In this document: in pieces, positions 37,778 through 47,500 of the stretch
Position numbering within the stretch: position 1 is the stretch's first letter
Layout of the letters: each line of letters opens with the position of its first letter
NCBI GenBank assembly: GCA_963828735.1
Contig: CAWHFW010000005.1
Coordinates: 2,368,001 to 2,432,000 of the forward strand
From: an uncultured Gemmatimonadales bacterium
GTDB taxonomy: Bacteria; Gemmatimonadota; Gemmatimonadetes; Gemmatimonadales; GWC2-71-9
Length of the DNA: 64,000 bases
Direction: 5' to 3'
Notes under the pieces: model-generated
Seen by the model: the letters and a program-made list of their open reading frames with translations, nothing else
What the model was told of the DNA's origin: nothing
Databases searched by the model: none
Position numbers and translations under genes: made by a program

Positions 37778-38692
37778 ATGTTACGCACCGCCCTGCTCGT
37801 CTCTGCCACCGTGCTGCTCGGCGCGGCCTGCGACGACCTTCGTCTTCCCGCGCTCCCCGCCAAGGCGGGAACCGACACCGCGGTGGCCACCGCCTCGCCA
37901 TCTTCACCGAAGCCGAACCGTCCTGTCCGTCGCGCCACCAACGTCGACCCGGCGCTCGCCGCCCAGCGGCTCGACCTCGTGCGCCGTGAGCTTCGCCGCC
38001 TGGTGGTCTCGGAAGAGACGTACTACGCGGAGAACGGGACCTATACCGAGGACCTCGCCCGGATCTCATTCGCGCCACGAAACGACGCCGACGTTCGATT
38101 CCTTTGGCTCGCGCGGGGCGGATGGGCGGCCAGCGGCACCCATCCCGATGTCCCCGGCCGCGATTGTGTGGTGTACGTGGGGCGGGCGCACGGCGCGCCC
38201 ACGACGCTGCACGACGTGCGTCAGGGACGTGAAGGCGCGCCCGTGTGCGACGGACCGCCGCCGCGCCCGGTCCCATCGCCGGCGCAGCCCCAGACGGCGG
38301 CGGGATCTCCCTCGAGCCCGGCCGTCGCCTCGGCGCCGACGGAGTCTCCGCCGACCACGCCCGACACGGGCAGCGCGCTCGACATGGTGGATCCTGCGGT
38401 TCAGATGCGCGTGGACCTTAGGAATCTCGTGCTATCCCAGGACACCTATTTCGCCAACCAGGGCATCTATTCCCGGCGGACCGAGCCGTTCGCGCTCCAG
38501 TACCTCTGGCACCGCGGCGTCACGATCTCGATTCTGACCGCGACGGATGCGGGGTGGTCCGCCAGGGCGACCCATGCGTCGCGGCCCGGGAAAAGCTGCG
38601 TCATCTGGCTCGGAACGGTGACACAGCGGCCGGCGACCGAGGCGCAGAGGCGCACGCCCGAGCAGCCTGGGGCGCCCGTCTGCGACAGCTGA
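37778..38692 (+). CDS. Lipoprotein with two tandem pilin-like domains and a Pro-rich linker
   Basis: Lipobox LGAAC. Internal repeat LRRLVVSEETYY..GWAA..TH..CVV..GAPVCD / LRNLVLSQDTYF..GWSA..TH..CVI..GAPVCD. Confidence 0.7.
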   Translation: MLRTALLVSATVLLGAACDDLRLPALPAKAGTDTAVATASPSSPKPNRPVRRATNVDPALAAQRLDLVRRELRRLVVSEETYYAENGTYTEDLARISFAPRNDADVRFLWLARGGWAASGTHPDVPGRDCVVYVGRAHGAPTTLHDVRQGREGAPVCDGPPPRPVPSPAQPQTAAGSPSSPAVASAPTESPPTTPDTGSALDMVDPAVQMRVDLRNLVLSQDTYFANQGIYSRRTEPFALQYLWHRGVTISILTATDAGWSARATHASRPGKSCVIWLGTVTQRPATEAQRRTPEQPGAPVCDS

Positions 38693-38795
38693 GATCGCCA
38701 GGCCTAGGCGCTTCGGTTGGGCAGAACGATGACGCCTCGACCGTTACGGAAAGGGGTCTAACGAGAGCGAATTTCGCACGCCATTATTGCGCGAT

Positions 38796-39461
38796 ATGAA
38801 ACGGTTCGAGTGCTCCGGGGTTCTGTTCGATCTCGACGGTGTCCTGGTGGACTCCGCCGCGTACGTCGAGCAGCAGTGGCGAGGCTGGGCCAGCGCCCGA
38901 GGCCTTCGGCCCGAGCCGTTTCTCCGCGTGTGCCACGGGCGGCGTGCGCTCGAGACGATTCGGATGGCCGCGCCCCACCTCGATGCCGAGGCAGAGGTGA
39001 GAGCGTTCGCGCCGGTCGAGGACACCAGCACGAGGATCGGTCCCGTCGCGGGTGCGCTCCGGCTGCTCACCGCGCTTCCAGCGAACGGATGGGCGGTGGC
39101 CACCAGCGGGCTTCGATCCACCGCGGCGAGCCGCCTGCGTCAGGCGGGCTTGCCGGCTCCATCGGTGCTCATCTGCGCGGAGGACGTCGCCCACGGAAAG
39201 CCCAGCCCTGACGCCTACCAGCTGGCCGCGCGCGCCCTGGGCCTCGGGCCGCACGAGTGCGTCGTCATCGAGGACGCCCCGGCCGGCATCCAGGCGGCGC
39301 GAGCGGCCGAGATGGCGGTGATCGGTCTCACGACCACCCATTCGCTCGACCAGCTCCCGGCAGATGCGTGCGCCAGCTCGCTCCTCGGCGTCCATCTCGG
39401 GCGCGTGCACCAGAGGCCCGACGGGCGCGATCGGATGGAGTTGCTCGTCGTCGAGGCCTGA
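38796..39461 (+). CDS. HAD-IA family phosphatase (sugar-phosphatase-like)
   Basis: FDLDGVLVDS, ATS, GKPSPD, IEDAPAG. Confidence 0.9.
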   Translation: MKRFECSGVLFDLDGVLVDSAAYVEQQWRGWASARGLRPEPFLRVCHGRRALETIRMAAPHLDAEAEVRAFAPVEDTSTRIGPVAGALRLLTALPANGWAVATSGLRSTAASRLRQAGLPAPSVLICAEDVAHGKPSPDAYQLAARALGLGPHECVVIEDAPAGIQAARAAEMAVIGLTTTHSLDQLPADACASSLLGVHLGRVHQRPDGRDRMELLVVEA

Positions 39462-39722
39462 GCCGTGGTCCCGGGCTCCCACCTGCACAGCGTCCCCCAA
39501 AATCCTCCTGGTCCAACGACGCCTCCGTTTTTCGTGGTAGTTCGGGAAGGGCGGGAGAATCGAGTCGCGAGGTCGGGCTTCTGCAAATGCATCTGGCTCC
39601 GACGATCGCACGGCATCCCCAACAGCCGGTTACCCCACCACCGCAGCTGGGGTGAGGGAGGAGCGGTAGAAACGGCCGTCTATGGAAGGTGGCGACGCGC
39701 GGTGAGAGTGCCGTGAATTGAG

Positions 39723-39757
39723 CGCCCCCTCCCGCCGCAAGTCGGCGAGAGGGGGCG
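39723..39757 (-). terminator. Hairpin downstream of peptide C
   Basis: 15-bp stem with a 5-nt loop. The single mismatch is a G-U pair only on the minus-strand transcript. Confidence 0.65.
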
Positions 39758-39783
39758 GGACGGCCCAACGTCATTCGAAGACC

Positions 39784-39939
39784 TTACTTGTTGCCCTTGA
39801 TGGGGAAGGGCTTCGCCGGGGCGATACGCTCTTCGAGCTCTTCGACGTTCAACTCGAGGGCCCGGGCGTCCTTCCCGGTGGCGGCCTTGACCTGAGCCTT
39901 CTGCTCTTCGGTAAGCTCCAGGCGGATGTGCTCGGACAT
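39784..39939 (-). CDS. Small precursor-like peptide C (51 aa)
   Basis: Hand-translated: MSEHIRLELTEEQKAQVKAATGKDARALELNVEELEERIAPAKPFPIKGNK. AGGAG RBS. Paralog of peptide A. Confidence 0.9.
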   Translation of the reverse strand: MSEHIRLELTEEQKAQVKAATGKDARALELNVEELEERIAPAKPFPIKGNK

Positions 39940-39980
39940 TGTGCGCTCCTGTCGGGGTGGGGGACTGATCGACAGGGGGC

Positions 39981-40034
39981 AACCTAGGCCACCGTCGTGA
40001 ATATCCGGTGAATTTGGGCGCGGGCGACCGTGAA
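39981..40034 (-). promoter_or_regulatory. Putative SARP-activated promoter of peptide C
   Basis: Minus strand: TTCACGG-N15-TTCACCG-N4-TTCACGA-N8-TAGGTT. Confidence 0.78.
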
Positions 40035-40053
40035 CCAGGGCGCGGGAGTCGGC

Positions 40054-40503
40054 TCAGCTGGAGCTGACCCGCTGGGCAAAGTCGGTCCAGAACTCCTCGG
40101 TCAGCCGGCGCGCGGTTCCTTCCAGAAACCGGGCGCCGAGCTGCGCGACCGCGCCGCTCAAGTCGCTCGTAGCCGACCAGTTGAGCCGCGTATGCCCGTT
40201 TCCGCAATCCTCGAGGCGGAGGGACGAAATCACGTCGACCAGGGAGCCGGGGGCCTTGCCGGACGCGCGCATCCTGAGGCGCTCGCCTTCGACGATGTCG
40301 GATAGCTCAACGTCCAGGGTGAACCTCACCTTGACCGAACCCACGCCCAAGCCCGAGACCACCTTGAAGTGAGTGGGGTCGAGACGCTCGACACGCTCCA
40401 CACCCGGCCCCGAGGCGGCGACGAAGTCGGGATCCATCAGCTTCTCCCAGACCTTCGTGCGCGAGGCGCGGATCTCCGGAGCGCCGGCGAAGTCCCATTT
40501 CAT
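40054..40503 (-). CDS. SRPBCC/CoxG family protein
   Basis: IRASRTKVWEKLMDP...PG...G.V..RF...AQLGARFL pattern. Confidence 0.85.
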   Translation of the reverse strand: MKWDFAGAPEIRASRTKVWEKLMDPDFVAASGPGVERVERLDPTHFKVVSGLGVGSVKVRFTLDVELSDIVEGERLRMRASGKAPGSLVDVISSLRLEDCGNGHTRLNWSATSDLSGAVAQLGARFLEGTARRLTEEFWTDFAQRVSSS

Positions 40504-40621
40504 CAAGAAGATCCCTCGAGCGTCGGTCGGTGCGGCAGGAAGTGGCGGTAAGCGCGGCTGTCCAGGCGCGGGCCGCGAGAAGGTTGGTCTTCTCGCGAAG
40601 GAGGGTCAAGGTTCCACGCTC

Positions 40622-40651
40622 TTGACCTGCGAGGTCCCATCCCTGTAACCT
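40622..40651 (+). promoter_or_regulatory. Sigma70-like promoter of tRNA-Asn
   Basis: TTGACC-N18-TAACCT, 23 nt upstream of the tRNA. Confidence 0.55.
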
Positions 40652-40674
40652 CTCTGTCCGCTTGACCCTAGCTT

Positions 40675-40747
40675 TGGGGTGTAGCTCAATCGGCAGAGCG
40701 CCCGGCTGTTAACCGGGAGGTTGCTGGTTCGACCCCAGCCGCCCCAG
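40675..40747 (+). tRNA. tRNA-Asn (GTT)
   Basis: Acceptor stem TGGGGTG/CGCCCCA, D arm GCTC..GAGC, anticodon arm CCCGG-CTGTTAA-CCGGG, T arm GCTGG-TTCGACC-CCAGC, discriminator G. CCA is not encoded. Confidence 0.96.
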
Positions 40748-40751
40748 TCGA

Positions 40752-40782
40752 CCGAGGGCCCGCGTTGTCCGCGGGCCCTCGG
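40752..40782. terminator. Hairpin after tRNA-Asn, between convergent genes
   Basis: CCGAGGGCCCGCG-TTGTC-CGCGGGCCCTCGG, a perfect 13-bp stem. Confidence 0.7.
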
Positions 40783-40810
40783 CGCGTTCGGTCGTCGTCG
40801 GCTCCCGCGC

Positions 40811-41446
40811 TCAGGCCGGCACGACGTGGAACAGCATGAAGGCGAAGTGGCAGCCGCTGCCCGCGAGCACCATGAGATGCCAGATCTCATGGTGGCCGAA
40901 GCGACCTGGGAATGGGTCGGGCCGCTCGCGCGTGAAGATCACGGCGCCGATGGTGTAGGCAATTCCCCCCGCGACGAGCCAGGCCATTCCGCCCATGGAA
41001 ACCGCGCGCGCAAGCGGCGCCGCGGCGATCAGCGCCATGTAGCCCATGCCGAGGTAGGTCGCGGTCGAGAACCAGCGGGGCGCGTCGAGCCACCAGATCT
41101 TGAACGGCACGCCCGCCAGCGCGATCGCCCACGCGGCGCCGAGCAGCGCCCATCCCGACGGTCCGTGCAGGGTGAGGATCGCCACCGGTGTATAGGTGCC
41201 CGCGATCAGGAAGTAGATCGCGATGTGATCCAGCATCCGCAGCTTGCGCAGCCGATGGCTGGGCAGGGGAAGGGCATGGTAGAGCGTGCTGGCCGCGTAC
41301 AGCAGGATCAGCGAGCCGCCGTAGACCCCGAACGCCAGCCGCTCCGCTGGGCCGTGCGAGAGGCGCAGCAGCAGCGCGGTGCCCGCCGCCGCCAGGACGA
41401 GCCCGACGAGGTGGGACCACGTGTTGACCGGCTCACGAAACCGCAT
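40811..41446 (-). CDS. Hemolysin III / PAQR family membrane protein
   Basis: N..SH, STLYH, LDH.AIY.LIAGTYTP, HEIWH; about 7 TM helices. Confidence 0.93.
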   Translation of the reverse strand: MRFREPVNTWSHLVGLVLAAAGTALLLRLSHGPAERLAFGVYGGSLILLYAASTLYHALPLPSHRLRKLRMLDHIAIYFLIAGTYTPVAILTLHGPSGWALLGAAWAIALAGVPFKIWWLDAPRWFSTATYLGMGYMALIAAAPLARAVSMGGMAWLVAGGIAYTIGAVIFTRERPDPFPGRFGHHEIWHLMVLAGSGCHFAFMLFHVVPA

Positions 41447-41508
41447 GGAGTGAATGTAGCGGCGCGCCTACCCTTGTCGCCCGGCGAGGCCCGGTCTAGG
41501 GTTGAGGT

Positions 41509-42657
41509 ATGCGGATCGCCCTCTTCTCCGAGGTCTACTGGCCGATGGTGAGCGGGGTGGGCGTCACGCTCCTCCGGCTCACCGACGCGCTTCACGCACG
41601 CGGGCACCAGGTGCGCGTGTACAGCGCCACCTACCCGCTGCCGCCCGACACCCGTGACCGGCCCGAGGTGCACCGCTCGCCGAGCGTTCCGTTCTTTCTC
41701 TATCCCGACGTCCAGTGGGCGTTCCCCAAACTGCGCGAACTCGTCGAGGATCTCGAGGCCTTCAGGCCAGACGTGGTCCACGTGGCCACGGAGTTCTCGC
41801 TCGGCATCGCGGGGGTCAAAGCGGCCAGGCAGCTCGAGCTTCCCGTCATCGCCTCTGCGCACACCGACTACGACCAGTACGCCGCGCGCTACGGGGTTCC
41901 CTGGGCATTGCGGGCCGGGTGGCACTATCTCCGCTGGTTCTACGGTCAGGCGCACCGGGTGCTCTGTCCGTCGCGGATCTACGAGGAAGTCGTGCACCGG
42001 CATGGTGTGCCGCACACCGGCATCTGGAGCCGAGGGGTGGACCCCGGGGTCTTCTCGCCCCGGTTCCGGAGCGAGGCGTATCGCGCCGCGCTGGGCGCCG
42101 GGCCGAGCGATCTGGTCGTGACGTACATCGGGCGCATCGCCCGCGAGAAGAACCTCGGTCTTCTGCTGGAGGCCTGGGAGGCGCTCGCGCCGGAGCGTGG
42201 CGGGGCGCAGCTCGTGCTGGTGGGTCGCGGCCCGCTCGAAGAGGACATCCGGCGCCGCGAGCTGCCGGGCGTCCACGTCACCGGCCTGCTTCTGGGCGAC
42301 GCCTTGTCCTCCGCCTACGCCTCGGCCGACGTCTTCACGTTCCCATCGTCGACCGAGACGTTCGGCAACTCGCTGCTCGAGGCGATGGGCTCGGGCCTGG
42401 CGCCCATCGTGGCGGCCGGCGGCGGCGTGCTGGAGTTCGCCGAGCACGGGAAGAACGCGTGGCTGGTCGAGCCCGACAGCGCGCCGGCGATCGCCGACGC
42501 GCTCCGTCGCCTCTTCGCGGACCAACCCCTCCGACACCGGCTCGCGGCCGGCGCCTTGGCCACGGCGAGTGCTCGAGACTGGGCCACCGTCTACGATCAG
42601 CTGTTGGACGACTATCGCGCGGCGATCGCCGCGAAGGCGGAAACGCAGGCGGCGTGA
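41509..42657 (+). CDS. Glycosyltransferase family 4
   Basis: MRIALFSE..P.VSGV, GRIAREKN, FPSSTETFGNSLLEAM. Confidence 0.93.
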   Translation: MRIALFSEVYWPMVSGVGVTLLRLTDALHARGHQVRVYSATYPLPPDTRDRPEVHRSPSVPFFLYPDVQWAFPKLRELVEDLEAFRPDVVHVATEFSLGIAGVKAARQLELPVIASAHTDYDQYAARYGVPWALRAGWHYLRWFYGQAHRVLCPSRIYEEVVHRHGVPHTGIWSRGVDPGVFSPRFRSEAYRAALGAGPSDLVVTYIGRIAREKNLGLLLEAWEALAPERGGAQLVLVGRGPLEEDIRRRELPGVHVTGLLLGDALSSAYASADVFTFPSSTETFGNSLLEAMGSGLAPIVAAGGGVLEFAEHGKNAWLVEPDSAPAIADALRRLFADQPLRHRLAAGALATASARDWATVYDQLLDDYRAAIAAKAETQAA

Positions 42658-42731
42658 GGCAGACGGAGGGGGTGGGGCGATGGGATCGGGGAGAGGAAGC
42701 GGGCGGCGAGGACCCGGCTGGCGCCTGCCGC

Positions 42732-43763
42732 CTATCGCCGCACCAGCAGATAGGCGATCGCCGCGATCGCCGCCGCCATCGGGATCGTGAGCATCCACGC
42801 CCAGACGATGCGCGTGGCCACGCCCCATCGTACCGCCGACAATCGCTGAGCCGCCCCGACGCCCACGATCGCCCCGGTAATGGTGTGCGTCGTGCTCACC
42901 GGCACCCCCAGCTGCGATGCGATCAAGATCGAGATCCCGCCCGCCGTCTCCGCGCAGAATCCGCCGAACGGCCGGAGCTTCGTGATCCGACTTCCCATCG
43001 TCTTCACGATCCGCCAGCCGCCCAGCGCCGTCCCCAGGCCGATCGCGGTGTACGCCGACATCTCGACCCAAAGAGGAATACTGTCGGCCGTCGGCACGTA
43101 GAGGTGCCGAAGCAGCCCCGGCTCGTGGAGGAACAGCGCCTGCGTGGACACCAGCAGGCCGACGATGATTCCCATCGTCTTCTGCGCGTCGTTGGCGCCG
43201 TGACTCAGCGAATAGAGCGCCGCCGAGATCAGCTGCAATCGCCGGAACACCCGGTCGACCGGGCCGGGTGACGCGCTCTTGAGCAGCCACGAGAGCCCGA
43301 CCGTGAGCGCCAGCGCCAGCACGAGCCCGAGGATCGGCGACACGAAGATGAACGCGATGGGCAGCACCCACCCGCCGAGCTGCAGTGCCGGAAGCCCCGC
43401 CTTGGCGATCGCGGCGCCGCCGAGGCCGCCCATGAGCGCGTGGCTGGACGAGCTGGGGAGCCCGAAATACCAGGTGATGATGTTCCACGCGATCGCGCCG
43501 AGCAGCGCGCTGAGGATCAGGTTGGGATCCACGACCGACGGCTCGATCAGCCCCTTGCCGATCGTTCTCGCGACCGCGGTCCCCACCACGAACGCCGCGA
43601 GCACGTTGAACGCGGCCGCCCAGAGGACCGCCACGCCGGGCGAGAGCACCCGAGTGGACACCACGGTCGCGATCGAGTTCGCGCTGTCGTGGAACCCGTT
43701 GATGAAGTCGAAGACCAGCGCGACCCCGATGATCGCGAGGACGTAGGCCACGTCGTGCGGCAT
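42732..43763 (-). CDS. Inorganic phosphate transporter (PiT family)
   Basis: GFHDSAN, PSSSSH, HGANDAQK, PVSTTH. Confidence 0.95.
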   Translation of the reverse strand: MPHDVAYVLAIIGVALVFDFINGFHDSANSIATVVSTRVLSPGVAVLWAAAFNVLAAFVVGTAVARTIGKGLIEPSVVDPNLILSALLGAIAWNIITWYFGLPSSSSHALMGGLGGAAIAKAGLPALQLGGWVLPIAFIFVSPILGLVLALALTVGLSWLLKSASPGPVDRVFRRLQLISAALYSLSHGANDAQKTMGIIVGLLVSTQALFLHEPGLLRHLYVPTADSIPLWVEMSAYTAIGLGTALGGWRIVKTMGSRITKLRPFGGFCAETAGGISILIASQLGVPVSTTHTITGAIVGVGAAQRLSAVRWGVATRIVWAWMLTIPMAAAIAAIAYLLVRR

Positions 43764-43765
43764 GC

Positions 43766-44386
43766 TCAGGCGTGCTTGATGGAGATCGACTCGAGCACGT
43801 TGCTCACGTCCTCGATGAAGTCGAGCGTCTTCTCGAGGTTGTCGTAGATCTCCTTCCACTTGATCACGGTGAGCGCGTCCGGGTGGCCCTCGAACAGGCG
43901 CGCGAGCCACTCGTGATACAGCGAATCCCCCTCCTCCTCGAGGCGCTTCACCTGAACGCACGCATTGAGCACCGTCCCATCCTTGTTCTTCTCGAGGGCG
44001 CCCACGCCCACGAGCACCTGCTCCGTCGCGCGCACGATGACGTCGGCGATCAGCATGGCGCCGCGGGGGGCGTTGCCGGCGTGAAAGATGTGGAGCCGCC
44101 TGGAGGTACCGTCGATGAGGTCGATCACGTCGTCGAGCCGCGAGGCCAGGGAGTGGATGTCCTCCCGGTCGAGCGGCGTGATGAACACGCGGTCGAGCCG
44201 GGTCACCACGTCGTGGGTGACCTGGTCGGCCTGGTGCTCGAGCCGCTTGATCTGGTCCACGATCGCGCCACGGCGATCGTGGTCCGCGCGCAGCAACTCT
44301 TGCTGCAGCCGGGCGGCCTCGACCGTGAAAGTGGCGACCGCCGTGAAGAGGTCGAAGAACTTCTCGTCGCGGGGCAGGAGGCGCAT
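43766..44386 (-). CDS. DUF47 phosphate transport regulator (PhoU-like)
   Basis: LEHQAD, FITPLDREDI, LEEEGD, KWKEIY; adjacent to PiT. Confidence 0.93.
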   Translation of the reverse strand: MRLLPRDEKFFDLFTAVATFTVEAARLQQELLRADHDRRGAIVDQIKRLEHQADQVTHDVVTRLDRVFITPLDREDIHSLASRLDDVIDLIDGTSRRLHIFHAGNAPRGAMLIADVIVRATEQVLVGVGALEKNKDGTVLNACVQVKRLEEEGDSLYHEWLARLFEGHPDALTVIKWKEIYDNLEKTLDFIEDVSNVLESISIKHA

Positions 44387-44532
44387 TGTCACGTCCAAGT
44401 AACGGGCCGCGGCAAGATAACCCAGCCCACGCGCGCCCGCACATTGGACGAACGTTCCTTGACGGGTAAGGTTTCCCCATCAGATTCCCGGAGTCCGCCG
44501 CTCCAAACGACGGCTCTCGCCGCCCTGCACCC

Positions 44533-47500
44533 GTGCGCCCGGCGTCTATGACCGAGTTGCTGGCATCGAGTCTCCTCGACAGCCCTCCGGAGGAGGCATT
44601 TGACCGGCTGACCCGGCTGGCGTCCCGCCTTCTCGGCGCGCCGGTGGCGTTGGTGAGCCTGCTCGGTGATGACCGGGTTTTCTTCAAGAGTGCCATAGGG
44701 TTACCAGAGCCCTGGGCAACCCATCGCGAGACCCCTCTTTCCTATTCGTTCTGCCGCCACGTCATCGCGAGCGGGGAGCCGCTCGTCGTCGAGGACGCCC
44801 GCCGGCACCCCCTGGTCCGGAGCAACCCGGCGGTTCGTGAGCTTCGCTGGATCGCGTATGCCGGCGTGCCCATCACCATGGGCGATGGCCGAACGGCAGG
44901 TGCGCTGTGCGTGGTGGACGCTCTGCCGAGGGTCTGGTCGCCGCGTGACCTGGCCCTGCTCGTCGATCTGGCGGCTTCGGTGGCCACGGAGATGGAGCTA
45001 CGGGCCTCCACTCCCCGCCCGTCCGGGCCTGCGGACCCGTCCCAGGACGCGGCGGCGGCGGTGTTCGAGACAACGGCCCTCCCGATGGGGCTGATCCATG
45101 CTGACGGTCGCTGGCTCCGCGTCAACGCCAGCCTGGCCCACCTCCTCGGGAGCTCCCAAGAGGCGCTGGTCGGCTGTCCCGCCGAAGCGTTCACCCATCC
45201 GTCCGATCGGTCCGCTGACCAAGAGGCCATCCGGCTCCTCCGCGCCGGCGAGGTTGCGAGCTACACCGCGGAGAAGCGCCTGCTGCGCGAAGGCGAGGAT
45301 CCGATCTGGGTGCTCGCGACCGTCACGGCGATGCCGGGCGCCGAACCGCTGGCCACGCTTCACGTCGCGTTCCAGGACATCACCGACCGGAAGTCGGCCG
45401 AGTTGGACCTCCGGCACCGGGAGGAACGGTACCGGCTCGCGGCGGACGCGGCGGACGACGCCCTCTGGGACTGGGACCTGCTGACCGATCGCCTGGTCTG
45501 GACCGAGCGGCCCGACGGGAAGTTCGGGTACCACCGCTCCGGACGGAGCGCCTCGGCGGCCTGGTGGTACGAGCGGCTGCACGCGGATGACCGCGAGCGC
45601 GTGGTGAGCGGCATCCACGCAGCCATCGCGAATGGAGCCGCGAGCTGGACCGACCAATTCCGGTTCCGGCGCGCGGACGGACGCTACGCGCAGGTCCGCG
45701 ATCGGGCGGCCATCGTCCGGGACCAGGCGGGCGACGCGGTGCGGATGGTGGGCGTCGTGGCCGATACGAGCGAACAGACGCGCGCCGACTTGCTTGCCGG
45801 CGCGCAAAGCCAGCTGCTGGAACAGATCGCGGCGGGCCTCGACCTCGAGGCGGTGCTCGAGGGCGTGGTGCGCTTTGCCGAGACGCACGGCAGCGAGCTC
45901 ACGGTTGCCATCCTGGTCGTCGCTGCCGACGCGCAGGAACTCCACCTGGCGGCCGGACCCAGCCTGGAGGACGGTCTCCGCGACGCGTTCGCCCGCGTTC
46001 CACTCGAGCCCGCCGCCAGCGTGAGCGCGATGGCGGCTGCCCGTCGCGAGCGGGTCGTCATCCCGGACCTGGCGGCTCATGACTCGGTGGCCTGGCGCGA
46101 GCCCCTCCTGTCTGCCGGCGTCGCCTCGGCGTGGGCCGTGCCGCTCTTGGCGGCCGACGGCTCCCTCCTGGGTACGCTCGAGGTCCACTCTCGCAGCCCC
46201 CACGCGCCTGACGAGGCCGACAGCCGGCTCGTCGAGCTGGCCTGCCGGCTGGCCGAGATCGCCATCGCGCGCGATCGGACCCAGGAGGCGGTCACCCGGG
46301 GCACGAGGCTGCTCGAGCAGGTGCTGGACAACCTGCCCGTAGGCGTTTGGGTGCTCGACCGCGATGGGCGGGTCATGTTCGGGAACACGACCGGCCATCA
46401 GATCTGGGGCGGATCCCGCGAGTTCTCGTTCTACGAGTACGATGAGTATCGCGGCTGGTGGCCCGATACCGGCAAGCCGCTCGAGCCCAGCGAGTGGCCC
46501 GCCGCGCGCGCCATCCTCAAGGGCGAGACGGTCCTCAACGACGTGCTGCACATCGAGGGGTTCGACGGGGTGCAACGGACGATCCTCAACTCCGCCGTCC
46601 CCCTCCGGACCCTCGACGGGGAGATCGCCGGCGCCGTCGTGGTCAACCAGGACGTCACGGATCAGCATGCCGCCGAGGCCGCGCTCCGGCTGAGCGAAGA
46701 GCAGTTCCGTCACGCGCAGAAGATGGAGGCGGTGGGCCAGCTCGCGGGCGGGATCGCGCACGACTTCAACAACCTCCTCACCGGGATCCTGAGCTACAGC
46801 GAGCTGATCCTAGAGGAGCTCCGCCGCGACGACCCGATCCGCGGCGACGTCGAGCAGATCCGCCACGCCGGGCAGCGCGCCGCGACGCTGACCCGGCAGT
46901 TGCTCGCCTTCAGCCGGCGGCAGGTCCTGCAGCCGCGCGTGCTCTCCCTCAACACCACCGTCGGTGAGCTCGGCACGATGCTCCGGCGGCTGCTCGGTGT
47001 GGAGGTCTCGATCGAGACCGAGCTGGATCCCGCCCTCTGGTACGTCATGGCCGATCCCAGCCAACTCGAGCAGGTCCTGGCGAATCTGGTCGTGAACGCG
47101 CGCGACGCCATGCCCGGGGGTGGGGTGGTGACGATCGCCACGCAGAACCGGTTGCTCGAGCCGGGGGACGACGTAGGAGGGAATGGGGTCCGGCCGGGCG
47201 AGTACGTCGCACTCTCCGTGCGCGACACCGGGATCGGGATGGATCTGCCCACCCAGTCCCGGATCTTCGACCCGTTCTTCACCACGAAGGAGCCGGGCAA
47301 GGGCACCGGGCTCGGCCTGTCGACGGTCTACGGGATCATCGAGCAGAGCGGCGGGCACATCGCGGTCGAGAGCGCGCCGGCGCAGGGCGCCACGTTCACG
47401 GTGTTTCTGCCGCGATACCAACCCGCGCCGGGCTGGTCGGCGCCGGCGCCGGCGGACCGACGAATCCTGCCGGCCGGCGACGAGACGCTCCTCCTCGTCG

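Noticed and set aside
40675..40747. tRNA-Asn as an integration site for an island carrying the peptide system
   Set aside because: No integrase, no duplicated tRNA 3' end and no clear compositional shift were seen.
40811..41446. Hemolysin III as a toxin
   Set aside because: This is a widespread PAQR-family membrane protein; the family name is not evidence of virulence.
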